DNA of 57,746 bases from a virus (lineage: Duplodnaviria > Caudoviricetes). The translations under genes and the position numbers were made by a program. Below are positions 25,901 through 34,212 of the stretch, in pieces. Numbering within the stretch: position 1 is the first letter of the stretch; every line of letters begins with the position of its first letter. The stretch lies in the IMG/VR virus record IMGVR_UViG_3300032332_000523, positions 1 to 57,746 of that record. The stretch is one strand, 5' to 3'. The notes below the pieces were generated by a model. The model made no database searches. It saw only the letters and a list, made by a program, of their open reading frames with translations, and was not told the origin of the DNA.

Positions 25901-27004
25901 ATCATTGAGCCTAGCGACTAGATCATCAAGCTCAAGCGTCTTTTTGGCAGCGGCCGGCTTTGTAGGGTGGACTGTGAGATATTGAATCCGAGCCTTGTAG
26001 GTCTTCTTGTCATCTTCAGATGTGGTGGGATCATTGATCTTGGCTAGTAATTGGTCGATCTCGCTTCCTGTTCCTCCATGAGACGTCAAATAAGCAACAC
26101 GTGCCTTGTAGACTTTCTTGTCGTCATCGGACAAGTTGGGGTCGTTCAACTTGGCAACCAAGTCGTCCAACTCATTGCCTTTGCCACCATGAGACGTCAA
26201 GTAGGCAACACGAGCCTTATAGACTTTCTTGTCGTCATCGGACAATTTGGGATCGTTCAACTTTGCCACAAGCTGATCAATCTCGCTGGTCTTGTCGGCT
26301 CCTGCGCGGGTGGTCAAATAGTTGATTCGCGCCTTGTAGACTTTCTTGTCGTCATCAGACAAGTTGGGGTCGTTCAACTTGGAGACAAGCTGATCAATTT
26401 CATTGGTCTTGCCAGGACGAGTGGTCAAGTAAGTGATGCGAGCTTGCGCGTTCTCCTTGGCTTTCTTATTGGACGCAGGGTCGTCAATGACTTCCTGCAG
26501 CTTTTCTACTTCGGTCAGGCGGTCCCTTGGCACGGAACGGGCCAGCGCTGACAAGGCACCCACTTGGGTCTTGTACTTTTCACCTTGGACGTCAGAGGCT
26601 GCCAGCTTATACTTGAGGTTGAGGTCCTCAAGTTCTTGATTGGCCTTACGACGTTCTGCTAGACCGGTCGTTGTGGCTTCAGCCACGTTAGCCAGCGTCT
26701 CGCCAAAGCCACCGGTACGCGTAGGCTTGCCAAGAGCTGCTGCCAGACGAAACGCCATCTCTGCTGAATCCGGACCAATGGAACGATCCATGAGGCGCTG
26801 ACGCGCCTCGTCCAGCAAGGCCTGCTTGTCCGTCGCAGACTTTTCGCTTTGCTGCATGTACTTGGTGAGCAAAGTCTGAAGCTGCCCCGTGTAAGGATTT
26901 GCCGCACCCCTGGATGAAGTGTAGCCAGCCGACGAAGCAACCTGCGTGCCACCTTGTCCTTCGTCATTTGTGTCTTCGCCTTCAACATCGTCTTCGAATG
27001 CCAT
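22949..27004 (-). CDS. Large ejection/DNA-transfer protein with helical repeats
   Basis: 1351 aa, helical, Gly/Ala-rich GQGLGLGFGDE segment, downstream of the tail stabilisation gene. Confidence 0.8.
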   Translation of the reverse strand: MAFEDDVEGEDTNDEGQGGTQVASSAGYTSSRGAANPYTGQLQTLLTKYMQQSEKSATDKQALLDEARQRLMDRSIGPDSAEMAFRLAAALGKPTRTGGFGETLANVAEATTTGLAERRKANQELEDLNLKYKLAASDVQGEKYKTQVGALSALARSVPRDRLTEVEKLQEVIDDPASNKKAKENAQARITYLTTRPGKTNEIDQLVSKLNDPNLSDDDKKVYKARINYLTTRAGADKTSEIDQLVAKLNDPKLSDDDKKVYKARVAYLTSHGGKGNELDDLVAKLNDPNLSDDDKKVYKARVAYLTSHGGTGSEIDQLLAKINDPTTSEDDKKTYKARIQYLTVHPTKPAAAKKTLELDDLVARLNDPEVSDADKTIYRDRIKYLTTHAGGQAKVTEIDDLVARLNDPNASEDDKKVYKARIAYLTTHASGQTNEIDQLLSKINDPNVSKADKQVYRERLKKLNYIAPEEKAKTDAGKPLSGAGKIAKDEGLTPGTPEYIARVKQLTGEGKGMTLSATEQKEMFEADDIVKSGKTVILNLTKAKSLNDKAYSGMGAGLRRTIGRNIPGVGDSEGVTATTELESLVGQNALDQLKGIFGGAPTEGERKILLDLQGSINMGPKERAAVWDRAIAAAARRVQLNEDKMKKLKSGAYSRMEPEEKADGGPVGHYADGGMVHMADGGDYSMANFGRAMGQGLGLGFGDEAIARVRAKMEGRPYDQVVAEEREAYQQFQEKHPYAALGTELVSGLIPTVAMSMVPGAGTAGAIANAPRMAATAQKFMAALPKFMTGSMGRAAGTGAATGAISGAGSATEGNRAEGALEGGATGMVLGPTVAKGLQLVGSGAKAIKNAVSPSVGAVQRRANEKVLQAMGRDEMDTQALRDRMMADKKLGVKSTIMDATPSLSTLGEAVVTRPGQGRKILGQELNDRLESGRESAAGRALKDVGKGVDYTAQEDTLMGKLRANANNLYDKAYAYGSVDDTRLQKVLEDDTFKKAFKEAQAIAGKEARAAELRGEDASRFKLNDIYDTDDAGNLISVGKIPDVRTLDYIKRGIDALIDKGYRGEGMGKAEANALKDLKKAYVQVIDENVPEYAAARKKYAGDMEVLDALRMGRTDYLSPKMLPAEAKKTVDAMSDAERDALRAGVAQSLLTKVLDAPQQVNAAQRIIGAPATRKRLEALFQDPNEYKLFEAAMQRESELFRNAQDVVRGSRTANKTEALKDLKAGNGIFDIAGEAMDVATGSPGSVVGRVLKYLQARTTLDEKTAGEVAKMLKSGSTQEVDDVLNRLEAGSKKIIEDENKSSRRMKTVSGAVGATLPTTPRPVPVPEEAPEGEDDEAKVQRIIRSINNE
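25595..26516 (-). repeat. Eight intragenic 36-43 aa tandem repeats (EIDQLVAKLNDPNLSDDDKKVYKARIAYLTTH)
   Basis: Visible in protein and DNA, e.g. gccttgtagactttcttgtcgtc recurring. Confidence 0.92.
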
Positions 27005-27013
27005 GTTGTGTCC

Positions 27014-28432
27014 TTATTTTCCGCTGAACAGTTTGCTGAGTCCGTAGCCAGAGGCCAGCGTAGAACCGAGCTGCGCCAAAGGCGATGCCTGATAGACACT
27101 TGCCGGACCGTTCGATTGGGTGTCCGTTGAAGTTGGCACGGTCAGTCCGCGCACAGCCGCGTTCAGGTAGGCCGTGTTGCTGCGTCCGTAGTCGCGCTGG
27201 TTCAAGAAGTCCTGGTAGGCTTGATCCAAAGAACGCTGAGCCTGTTGCTGTTGCGTTGCTCCAGCCGCCTCCAATGCACTGACGTTCTGCATGCCCATCT
27301 GCTGGGCTTGTTGGCCCAAGGCTCCAGTAGCTTGGCCTGACTGCAGCATGCGAGCAAAGTCCTGATTGGACAGCGTGCCAAGCTGCTGAGCGGCCTGCAA
27401 GTTCTGAGCTCCAGCTTGACCAGCCAATTGACCTTGCATCTGACCAAGGGCACCCATTTGGGATCCGGCTTGTCCGTAGCGCGTCAAGTCCGCGCCTTCA
27501 AGACCGGCGGTGGCTTGTCCAAGGGCCGCTTGCTGTTGGCCAGCAGCCAAGAGTCGCTGCTGATCCGCCGCAGAGAGGCCGGCAGCCTGCTGACCAAAGC
27601 CGGCTTGCTGTTGAGCTGCTTGCAATTGGCGGGCACGGTCTGCTTGAAGCTGAGAACCAGCTTGCGTATAGCCTTGCTGCAAAGCCGCGCTTTGCTGGGC
27701 CAGGGTTGATTCTTGGGTGTCGCGCAAGGCACGGCCAATGGCCTCGCCGCTGCGGCTGCCGCCAAAAGTACCGGATTGAATGGCCCGGTCTTGGATGTTT
27801 GGCAGCAGATTTTCGCGAAGGTTGCGGGCTCCCAGTTCGCCAATACGGCTGACCACTTGGTCAGTGTACGGGTTCATGTAGTCTTGGATGTTGCCCAAAC
27901 CAGTTTGAGCTCCTTGGCTAGCAAGCTGGGAAGCTTGCTGCATGTAGGGATCGGCAAGATCGGCAGTGCCGGCAGCCGCTTGAGTGGCGTAATTGCTGGC
28001 CTGATTAAAGTACGGCTGTGCCAGCGCGCTGGTGTCACCATAGCTTTGGCCGATCAAGCTGCCAGCTTGGCCAATGCTGCCAGAGGCTGCCGTATATGGG
28101 TTGTACTGCAGGGCCTGATTGATGTAGGGCTGAGCAACATTTTGAGTGCTTCCCGCGGCTGCTTGAATTTGCTTGCCAGCCTGATCAATGTACGGCTGGT
28201 ACTGACCCTGCATGTCCAAGACGTTGCTGTACGCCTGCTGCTGAGCAGGGTCCAGATCTGCAATCCGCTGCTGTCCATAGGGCTGGTATGGCTCAGCGGC
28301 AATTGCATTTGCCCGACTGATCAAGCCTTGCGTGTAGTCGCTGTACCAAGCTGGAACATTGGTGGTGGTCTCGCCATAAGTCGTAACCGACGGCGGAGGA
28401 CTGCCTTGGAATAGGAAGTCGGTGAACGCCAT
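27014..28432 (-). CDS. Gln/Ala/Gly-rich ejection (DNA-transfer) protein
   Basis: YMNPYTDQVV...GTFGGSR motif, coiled-coil composition, gene position. Confidence 0.75.
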   Translation of the reverse strand: MAFTDFLFQGSPPPSVTTYGETTTNVPAWYSDYTQGLISRANAIAAEPYQPYGQQRIADLDPAQQQAYSNVLDMQGQYQPYIDQAGKQIQAAAGSTQNVAQPYINQALQYNPYTAASGSIGQAGSLIGQSYGDTSALAQPYFNQASNYATQAAAGTADLADPYMQQASQLASQGAQTGLGNIQDYMNPYTDQVVSRIGELGARNLRENLLPNIQDRAIQSGTFGGSRSGEAIGRALRDTQESTLAQQSAALQQGYTQAGSQLQADRARQLQAAQQQAGFGQQAAGLSAADQQRLLAAGQQQAALGQATAGLEGADLTRYGQAGSQMGALGQMQGQLAGQAGAQNLQAAQQLGTLSNQDFARMLQSGQATGALGQQAQQMGMQNVSALEAAGATQQQQAQRSLDQAYQDFLNQRDYGRSNTAYLNAAVRGLTVPTSTDTQSNGPASVYQASPLAQLGSTLASGYGLSKLFSGK

Positions 28433-28433
28433 G

Positions 28434-30476
28434 TTAGGCTCCCTTCAAGTAAGACAATGGGCTTCTTGCGTCAGGGCTAATTTGACCCCGTGAAAGAGCC
28501 TGACCTTTTTGCTTCCGCAAGTTGGCGCGCATCTGATCAAGCTGGGCGGCTCCTGCCTTAGAGGATCCATTGCCCAGCATTGCAACAGTCTCGGCGTCCA
28601 TCACATATTCACCGTCTGACAAGACCGCGTTGACATCGTCTGAACGACCGTCTGCGCCCCCGCCAATCTTCATGCTGTGAACTTGGCTGAGGCCCCCCAT
28701 TGCCATTCCTCTTGCAGGAGGGTTGCCGTACTGGTAGTAGGCCATCTTGGGGTCACGAGGACGCTGAGGCATTTGGGGACGAGGTCCTTGCTGCATGCCT
28801 TGCTGCAGTCCGCCCTGAGGAGGCATAGGACGAGGCATCTGCTGGCCTCCCATACCTGCAGGATGTTGTTGTGCCATAGCCTGCATCATCTGGGCCCGAC
28901 GGGGATCCATCTGGGGACCACCTTGCATGCCAGAGTCTTGCATCTGACCACCTTGCGCAAAATGCCGCATCTGCATAAGTCCGCCATTCTTTGCCGCAGT
29001 TGGAGCTGGGACTGTGGGTATTGGAATCGGCTCAAACCGCTCATTCTTAAAGAACTGCTGCTCGCCGCCTTGACCCTTTTGGCCGTATTTGGTCAGGTCG
29101 CCTTGGTAGTTAGCGCGGTCGCGGACGTAGTTGTAGAGATCTAGGGACTTGGTGAAACGGGAGTCTTTCGTGCTGCCAGTTGTTTTTCCAGGGGCTGCAG
29201 GTGGTTTTGGCGGATTGAGTGCGTAGTCTGCGCCAATGGCCAATGCTGCTCCGGTGTACCAGGGATGCTCTGTTGCCACGCTTTTTGCGTAGTTCCATGC
29301 GTCAGTCCCGGCGCCTTTTGCAGCACCTCCAAGATCACCTCGGGTAAGCTTTTCCCATGTGCTAAGTTCTCCTACGTTTTCAGTAGGGGTGTACACGTTT
29401 GGAGTAACATCCGGAGTAAACCCGCGGGCTCCAACGGTGCCATCTGGAGAAGGTTGGCCGTATACCTTGTTGTAGTCATTCGTCCACGTGTCAGGCTGAC
29501 CGACATAATCAGATCCTGCACCAGGTCCGTACGTGAACTGCTCCATACCTTGCACAGGAGCCGTGACGCCAGTACCTCCGCCCATGCTTGGAAGGCTGGG
29601 AGAGCTTTGCGGCTGCAAGCCAGGATTGTTGCCGTAGTCAATGTTGTAATTTGGCTCGCCGTACATGTTGTACGAGTCAGACGGCTTGAATGGCGTATAG
29701 CTAAAATTTTCGTAGCCAGCAGGGGCCTGTACATTGCGCAATCCAGCAGACAAGTCCGTTGACGGAATTGAAAGATCTGATATTTCCAGTGAAGGAATAT
29801 TGGGGATAGTCGGCGCTTGAAGCGGAGATGGCTGAACGTTCAGGTTAGGAGAGGACGGATATTGGGAAAGAGGAGAAGAAGGAGGAGCGGCTTCTGGAGT
29901 TGCAGGCGGCTCAGCTTGCGTGATCGGTGATGGTTGCGCTGGAACTTCTGTGGGAGTAATCTCAGGCTGCACGTCGCCTGCTCCACCTTGGTTTGGCTCA
30001 GGCCTGAAGTTGCTATCTCCGCCCCCTGTTAAGTCAGGCTCAACCTCAGGCTTGCCACTAACGTCAACAGCTGGAGTGGTGAAATAGTCAATTGCCCCGT
30101 GAATTGCGCCGGATGTCAAACCTGCAACTGTACCTTCCTTGACTGCCTGATCAAAGCTTTCACCTTGACTTAGGCCGTAGGCTGTCTTGGCTCCGCCCAC
30201 TGCAATACCCGTACCAACAGCTGCAGATGTTCCAAATGCCGTAGCGGCCATTGGGCCTAAGTAGGCGGCAGCAGCCGCCATTGCAATGGCTTGGACTGGG
30301 TCTTTTTCAATCGGCTTGATGACGTACGTGTCAACAGCCGTTGCAACTTCGTCAGCGGCCTTAAAGACTTCTGATACGCCATTTCCAACGGCTTCGAGAA
30401 TTCCACCAAAAAAGCCGCGATCGCTGCCGCTGCCGATACCAGAGCCGGGGGCAATTGCTTCTACTACTGCGCTCAT
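28434..30476 (-). CDS. Internal virion/ejection protein with hydrophobic Gly/Ala segment and low-complexity linkers
   Basis: N-terminal AMAAAAAYLGPMAA...; C-terminal GGADGRSDDVNAVLSDGEYVMDAETV. Confidence 0.75.
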   Translation of the reverse strand: MSAVVEAIAPGSGIGSGSDRGFFGGILEAVGNGVSEVFKAADEVATAVDTYVIKPIEKDPVQAIAMAAAAAYLGPMAATAFGTSAAVGTGIAVGGAKTAYGLSQGESFDQAVKEGTVAGLTSGAIHGAIDYFTTPAVDVSGKPEVEPDLTGGGDSNFRPEPNQGGAGDVQPEITPTEVPAQPSPITQAEPPATPEAAPPSSPLSQYPSSPNLNVQPSPLQAPTIPNIPSLEISDLSIPSTDLSAGLRNVQAPAGYENFSYTPFKPSDSYNMYGEPNYNIDYGNNPGLQPQSSPSLPSMGGGTGVTAPVQGMEQFTYGPGAGSDYVGQPDTWTNDYNKVYGQPSPDGTVGARGFTPDVTPNVYTPTENVGELSTWEKLTRGDLGGAAKGAGTDAWNYAKSVATEHPWYTGAALAIGADYALNPPKPPAAPGKTTGSTKDSRFTKSLDLYNYVRDRANYQGDLTKYGQKGQGGEQQFFKNERFEPIPIPTVPAPTAAKNGGLMQMRHFAQGGQMQDSGMQGGPQMDPRRAQMMQAMAQQHPAGMGGQQMPRPMPPQGGLQQGMQQGPRPQMPQRPRDPKMAYYQYGNPPARGMAMGGLSQVHSMKIGGGADGRSDDVNAVLSDGEYVMDAETVAMLGNGSSKAGAAQLDQMRANLRKQKGQALSRGQISPDARSPLSYLKGA

Positions 30477-30931
30477 TGCATTGTTCCTTCACGGTCATTT
30501 CCTAGTTGCAAAGAGACCAGGTATTCGCCATTACCTGCCATCTGGACTTGATAGCCCATGCCAGGATTTGGCGGGCTTTTTGCAACGGTTCGGAAGATAT
30601 TCAATAGGCTTTGATCACTGAATTGGGTGACCAAGGTGTCATAGCCGTTTTTGTAGGCGTCAACGACAAAAGCAAAGCCAGAGGCCAAGAAGTTTTGGGC
30701 AGTGTCAGCGTTTAGAGCCCTGAACGTGCCCTTGCTTGGCTGGCTTTCAGACCCATGCACAACGTAGATCGTGTTGCCGTAGCGGTAGAACTTGCTATTC
30801 GGCATCTGCACTTCTTTGACAAAGGCAGCATAGACAAACTCAATTGGATATTGAGACTTTGTGTTTTCGGCAGCTACTTTCAGCAGCTCGCCTACGTCTA
30901 GCATTTTTTGTCGGCTGTCTACGACTGGCAT
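30473..30931 (-). CDS. Hypothetical protein, possibly GNAT-like acyltransferase
   Basis: 152 aa alpha/beta pattern; occupies the slot between tail and ejection genes where T7 gp13 and P22 gp14 lie. The fold is inferred only. Confidence 0.5.
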   Translation of the reverse strand: MPVVDSRQKMLDVGELLKVAAENTKSQYPIEFVYAAFVKEVQMPNSKFYRYGNTIYVVHGSESQPSKGTFRALNADTAQNFLASGFAFVVDAYKNGYDTLVTQFSDQSLLNIFRTVAKSPPNPGMGYQVQMAGNGEYLVSLQLGNDREGTMQ

Positions 30932-30933
30932 GG

Positions 30934-32055
30934 TTAGATCCTCATGTTGAAAAGCGCGGCGCTGAACACGTTGCCCATGCCAGCGCTTAAGCTTAACACC
31001 GCCCCATCTGGAGCTTCAACCGTCTCGGAAAGAAACACATGGTCCCTCTCAGTCCGATTCAAGATCCCAGGGACAGTTCCCTTTTCTAAATCATTGAACA
31101 GCAAGAGGGTCTCTAACAGTCCGCTCGCTCCCATCGTATGGCCGATTCGCTGCTTGTACGATGTCGCTACAAAACCACTCAAGCACTTTTCCAACGCTGC
31201 TTTTTCGGCCGCGTTGTTAGACTTTGTCCCCGTACCGTGAGTTTTGACAATTTTAATTTGTTCTGGGGTAACTTGGCCAAGTTTTAAGGCCCCCTCAATG
31301 GCTCTTTTGAAACCTTGACCATCTTCGCGTTGGCCAATTGCATTTGTTGCCACCTCGGTGGCTGTCCAGGCGGACAGAAGCTCGGCTTTTGGCTTCAATC
31401 CGGAGCTTTTCATGGCTTCTTCAGATTCAAATACGGCAAACACGGCACCCTGGCCTATATGAAACCCAAAGTTTGTTGAATCGAATGCACTGGGGACCAC
31501 CTGGTGAGTCTCGGCCATGCTTTCGGTGAGCGTTGCCTTTGCTTCTCCAAAGAACTGGAGGGTCATGTTGTTGACTTGATCCTCAACAGACAAGACGATG
31601 ACCCGGTCGAAGCCGTAAAACTTGATCAGGGTCTGCACGTCCATGAGCACCTTGAGGCTCGAGGTGCAGGCGGTGGCGTCTGTAGCCGTGTGGTCAATCT
31701 CGCCGCACTGGGCCGCAACCCTGCCTGCGTAGATCTGGGTCAAGGACAACGGCAGGATCTTGTAGTTGTAGGTCCACTCATTTTCCCTGTTCAGCTTTGC
31801 GCCTTCGTTGGCAAAATTGCTGTTTCCAGCGGCCAAGATGAATGCAGTCTTGCCACTCTGGGTCTCGCGAAGCAGCTTCAGGAGAGCTGGATCCAGGACC
31901 TTCTCAGCCACCAGGTGCGCCGGATTGATCAGCCCTGTCTTGACGCGGGCGTAGGTCTCAGGAAACAGGTGGACTTTTTGGGGATAGGTGTGGTCTGAAA
32001 AGAGAGTGGCTTCTTCGGTGCAAGTGATGCGACTTTCAGTGAGAAAGATTCTCAT
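30934..32055 (-). CDS. Beta-ketoacyl-ACP synthase (FabB/FabF-like ketosynthase)
   Basis: Cys-His-His triad: ATACTSS, THGTGT, SYKQRIGHTMGASG; also AFD...GF.IGQGA; ATGA overlap with the ACP stop. Confidence 0.93.
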   Translation of the reverse strand: MRIFLTESRITCTEEATLFSDHTYPQKVHLFPETYARVKTGLINPAHLVAEKVLDPALLKLLRETQSGKTAFILAAGNSNFANEGAKLNRENEWTYNYKILPLSLTQIYAGRVAAQCGEIDHTATDATACTSSLKVLMDVQTLIKFYGFDRVIVLSVEDQVNNMTLQFFGEAKATLTESMAETHQVVPSAFDSTNFGFHIGQGAVFAVFESEEAMKSSGLKPKAELLSAWTATEVATNAIGQREDGQGFKRAIEGALKLGQVTPEQIKIVKTHGTGTKSNNAAEKAALEKCLSGFVATSYKQRIGHTMGASGLLETLLLFNDLEKGTVPGILNRTERDHVFLSETVEAPDGAVLSLSAGMGNVFSAALFNMRI

Positions 32056-32342
32056 ACTAGCCAACCTCGACCTTCTTTAAGGTCAACAGGCTGCCGACGG
32101 CCCCATTCTTTGAGAAAGTTCAGAAGGTCCTGGGGCGTATCCCCTTGCATCTCTTTGCTTTTTTCGTCCTCAACGTCGTAGATCTCGCAGAGATAGACCA
32201 CGCACATCAGCATGTCTAGGCTGTCAAGCCCGGTGTCCCTTAAGACCATCTCCATGGAGTCGATCTTTCGAACCTCACTGTTGAAAGGCCTGGCTTTTTT
32301 AGCTACGTCGTTCAGTAGCTCGATGAATTCTTGATCTGTCAT
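32052..32342 (-). CDS. Acyl carrier protein
   Basis: Acidic 96 aa; LRDTGLDSLDML phosphopantetheine motif; TAATG overlap with the upstream stop. Confidence 0.85.
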   Translation of the reverse strand: MTDQEFIELLNDVAKKARPFNSEVRKIDSMEMVLRDTGLDSLDMLMCVVYLCEIYDVEDEKSKEMQGDTPQDLLNFLKEWGRRQPVDLKEGRGWLV

Positions 32343-32569
32343 TAACTTACCACTCCAACAAAGCGTTGTGCCCAACTACGCCAGTCGGTGTAAGCAAATG
32401 GATTGGGAACGTTTTTTTGGCTCAGTCCGGATATAACGCAAAACTGGAGACCCCATTCTTGCCACTTGTCTTCATCGTCCAGCCTCGAGAGTACGCCATA
32501 GATTGACAGGTCCATCACGACCTGATCGGCCCAATCGCGCAAGCCCATTATAGCTGGCTGCGTGATCAC
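32342..32569 (-). CDS. Small Trp-rich virion-module protein
   Basis: WQEWG...VPNPFAYTDWRSWA; GTGA overlap with the upstream gene. Confidence 0.75.
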   Translation of the reverse strand: MITQPAIMGLRDWADQVVMDLSIYGVLSRLDDEDKWQEWGLQFCVISGLSQKNVPNPFAYTDWRSWAQRFVGVVS

Positions 32570-34212
32570 GTGGAACTTTCTACGACGCCACCCAGCATGT
32601 CTCCATCGGCCTCGCCAACGTGGGCGATGATTTGTCCCATCTGGTAATTGCCGTTGATGGTGTTGGAGGTAAACTTGAACCTTAGCTCACGGCGAGCTTC
32701 TTTGAAAGATACCACTTGTTCGTAAGGAGTGCCTGGAACTGCAAATATTGTCCTCTCAGGCCCTAGGACCTCAATGGCCTTTGCATTGGCCCGCCCAGTC
32801 ATCTGGACCGTCATGTCCTCTGATTGAACAAAGTCGGGTTCAATTGACTCGACACGGATCCATTTATTTTTGGAGCCTCCGGAAGGGACCAGCATGCTCA
32901 TGTCGGCAGTCTCGAAATAAGAGGGGACTGCTGTGATGTATTGGCCGTCAATCTCGTTGACGTCGTGCTCATGCTGCCAGACCATAAAACCTTCGACTGG
33001 GGTCACAATTCGCTGGCTGCCATCCTCTGTAATCCTAAGTCCTGACGTCTCAGTGATCCTGTTGTTGGCAATATAAGAAGACTCCTGAAGGCCGCACAGC
33101 AAGGGGGCCGCGTAGACAGGGGACCATTCGCCAGCTGTCCTGCCACCATTAGGCATCTCGGTGTCGTACCAGGTGTTTTCACGTACGTTGTAGATGATGG
33201 CATGGGTGCACTCCGTCGCGCTGCCTTTTGGATAGCACCACCAGATCTCGCCAAATCGAGGCACCTTAAAGGCCCAGACGCGTTGAGCGGCAGCCCTGTT
33301 TAGGCCGTCGTAGAAGTAATTGATGTTAAGCGTATTGGGGATCTCTCGAACCACACCATTGAACATCAGCATGCGGTCAGTGCCAAGCCAGTAGTAGATG
33401 CCGTCGTACTCGATGACAGAGGCTGCTGACAAGATGCTGGATTCAGGGCTGATGGTGTCAAACTGAAAGACCTCGGTGCCTCCAACAAATGAGCCACGAA
33501 TGACAGCATCAGCGCTCCAAAAAAGGCCTGCTGGTGCGTTTCCAGGACCACCCCTAAGAGCAATGCCTCGGACTATCTTTTGGCCAGCAACTCTGGCACT
33601 ACCTGAGCCTACGCCCGTCAAGTCAGTAGGGGCTCCGGCCACAGACCACCCAATGACGCCATCGTCTCCAAAATACATCAGATAGGGGTGCAGTGAGACG
33701 ACGCCTCCGGTGACGCTTACGCCAGCCGGAAACGTAGTGATCTCAGTGAGCGGATCTGTGCCTGTCATGCTGCCAATGAACAGCTGGCCTCCGGCGTTGT
33801 TGCAGATGCAGGATGCATTTGGAGCAACTTGAGCCACAATCGAGTTGGCAGCTGGAATTGACTGACTGTCATAGATCACGTCAAACTGCCAAAGATTGTT
33901 GTCGTCTACGACCAAAGTTGCTGGGGTTCGATTAGATCCAAGGCTACTGTTTCCACTGGCGTCTAGCGTGAAACGCTCAATAAAGCCTGCACTTCCAGAA
34001 TGAAAGTAAGTCAGGCCGTTTTGCGTAAATGTTTTGACCCCACGGCTGACTTCCGGCAGGTAACGATTGACTACGGTATACCCGCCGACCTTACGCGGAA
34101 GCCCACGTTGCCAACGAACCCATTGGCCGTCAACGTAATAGTCACCCTCGTAACGGGTGCCATCACGCTTGATCCCTGGCAGGGACTTCAGGACTATGGG
34201 CGTTGTTGCCAT
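32566..34212 (-). CDS. Tail/DNA stabilisation protein (P22 gp10 / tail tubular B-like)
   Basis: PGIKRDGT...WVR...P.KVGG N-terminus; FGEIWWCYP...C...IIYN..ENTWY beta-propeller pattern. Confidence 0.78.
   Translation of the reverse strand: MATTPIVLKSLPGIKRDGTRYEGDYYVDGQWVRWQRGLPRKVGGYTVVNRYLPEVSRGVKTFTQNGLTYFHSGSAGFIERFTLDASGNSSLGSNRTPATLVVDDNNLWQFDVIYDSQSIPAANSIVAQVAPNASCICNNAGGQLFIGSMTGTDPLTEITTFPAGVSVTGGVVSLHPYLMYFGDDGVIGWSVAGAPTDLTGVGSGSARVAGQKIVRGIALRGGPGNAPAGLFWSADAVIRGSFVGGTEVFQFDTISPESSILSAASVIEYDGIYYWLGTDRMLMFNGVVREIPNTLNINYFYDGLNRAAAQRVWAFKVPRFGEIWWCYPKGSATECTHAIIYNVRENTWYDTEMPNGGRTAGEWSPVYAAPLLCGLQESSYIANNRITETSGLRITEDGSQRIVTPVEGFMVWQHEHDVNEIDGQYITAVPSYFETADMSMLVPSGGSKNKWIRVESIEPDFVQSEDMTVQMTGRANAKAIEVLGPERTIFAVPGTPYEQVVSFKEARRELRFKFTSNTINGNYQMGQIIAHVGEADGDMLGGVVESST

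Noticed and set aside
25595-26516. CRISPR array (also considered for the tail-fibre boxes and 1825-2855 junctions)
   Set aside because: The repeats are degenerate, in-frame and coding, spacing is irregular, and there are no cas genes.
30934-32342. Host contamination or a complete fatty-acid/polyketide cluster
   Set aside because: Both genes are tightly coupled to phage structural-operon genes on either side, and no other pathway genes are present.
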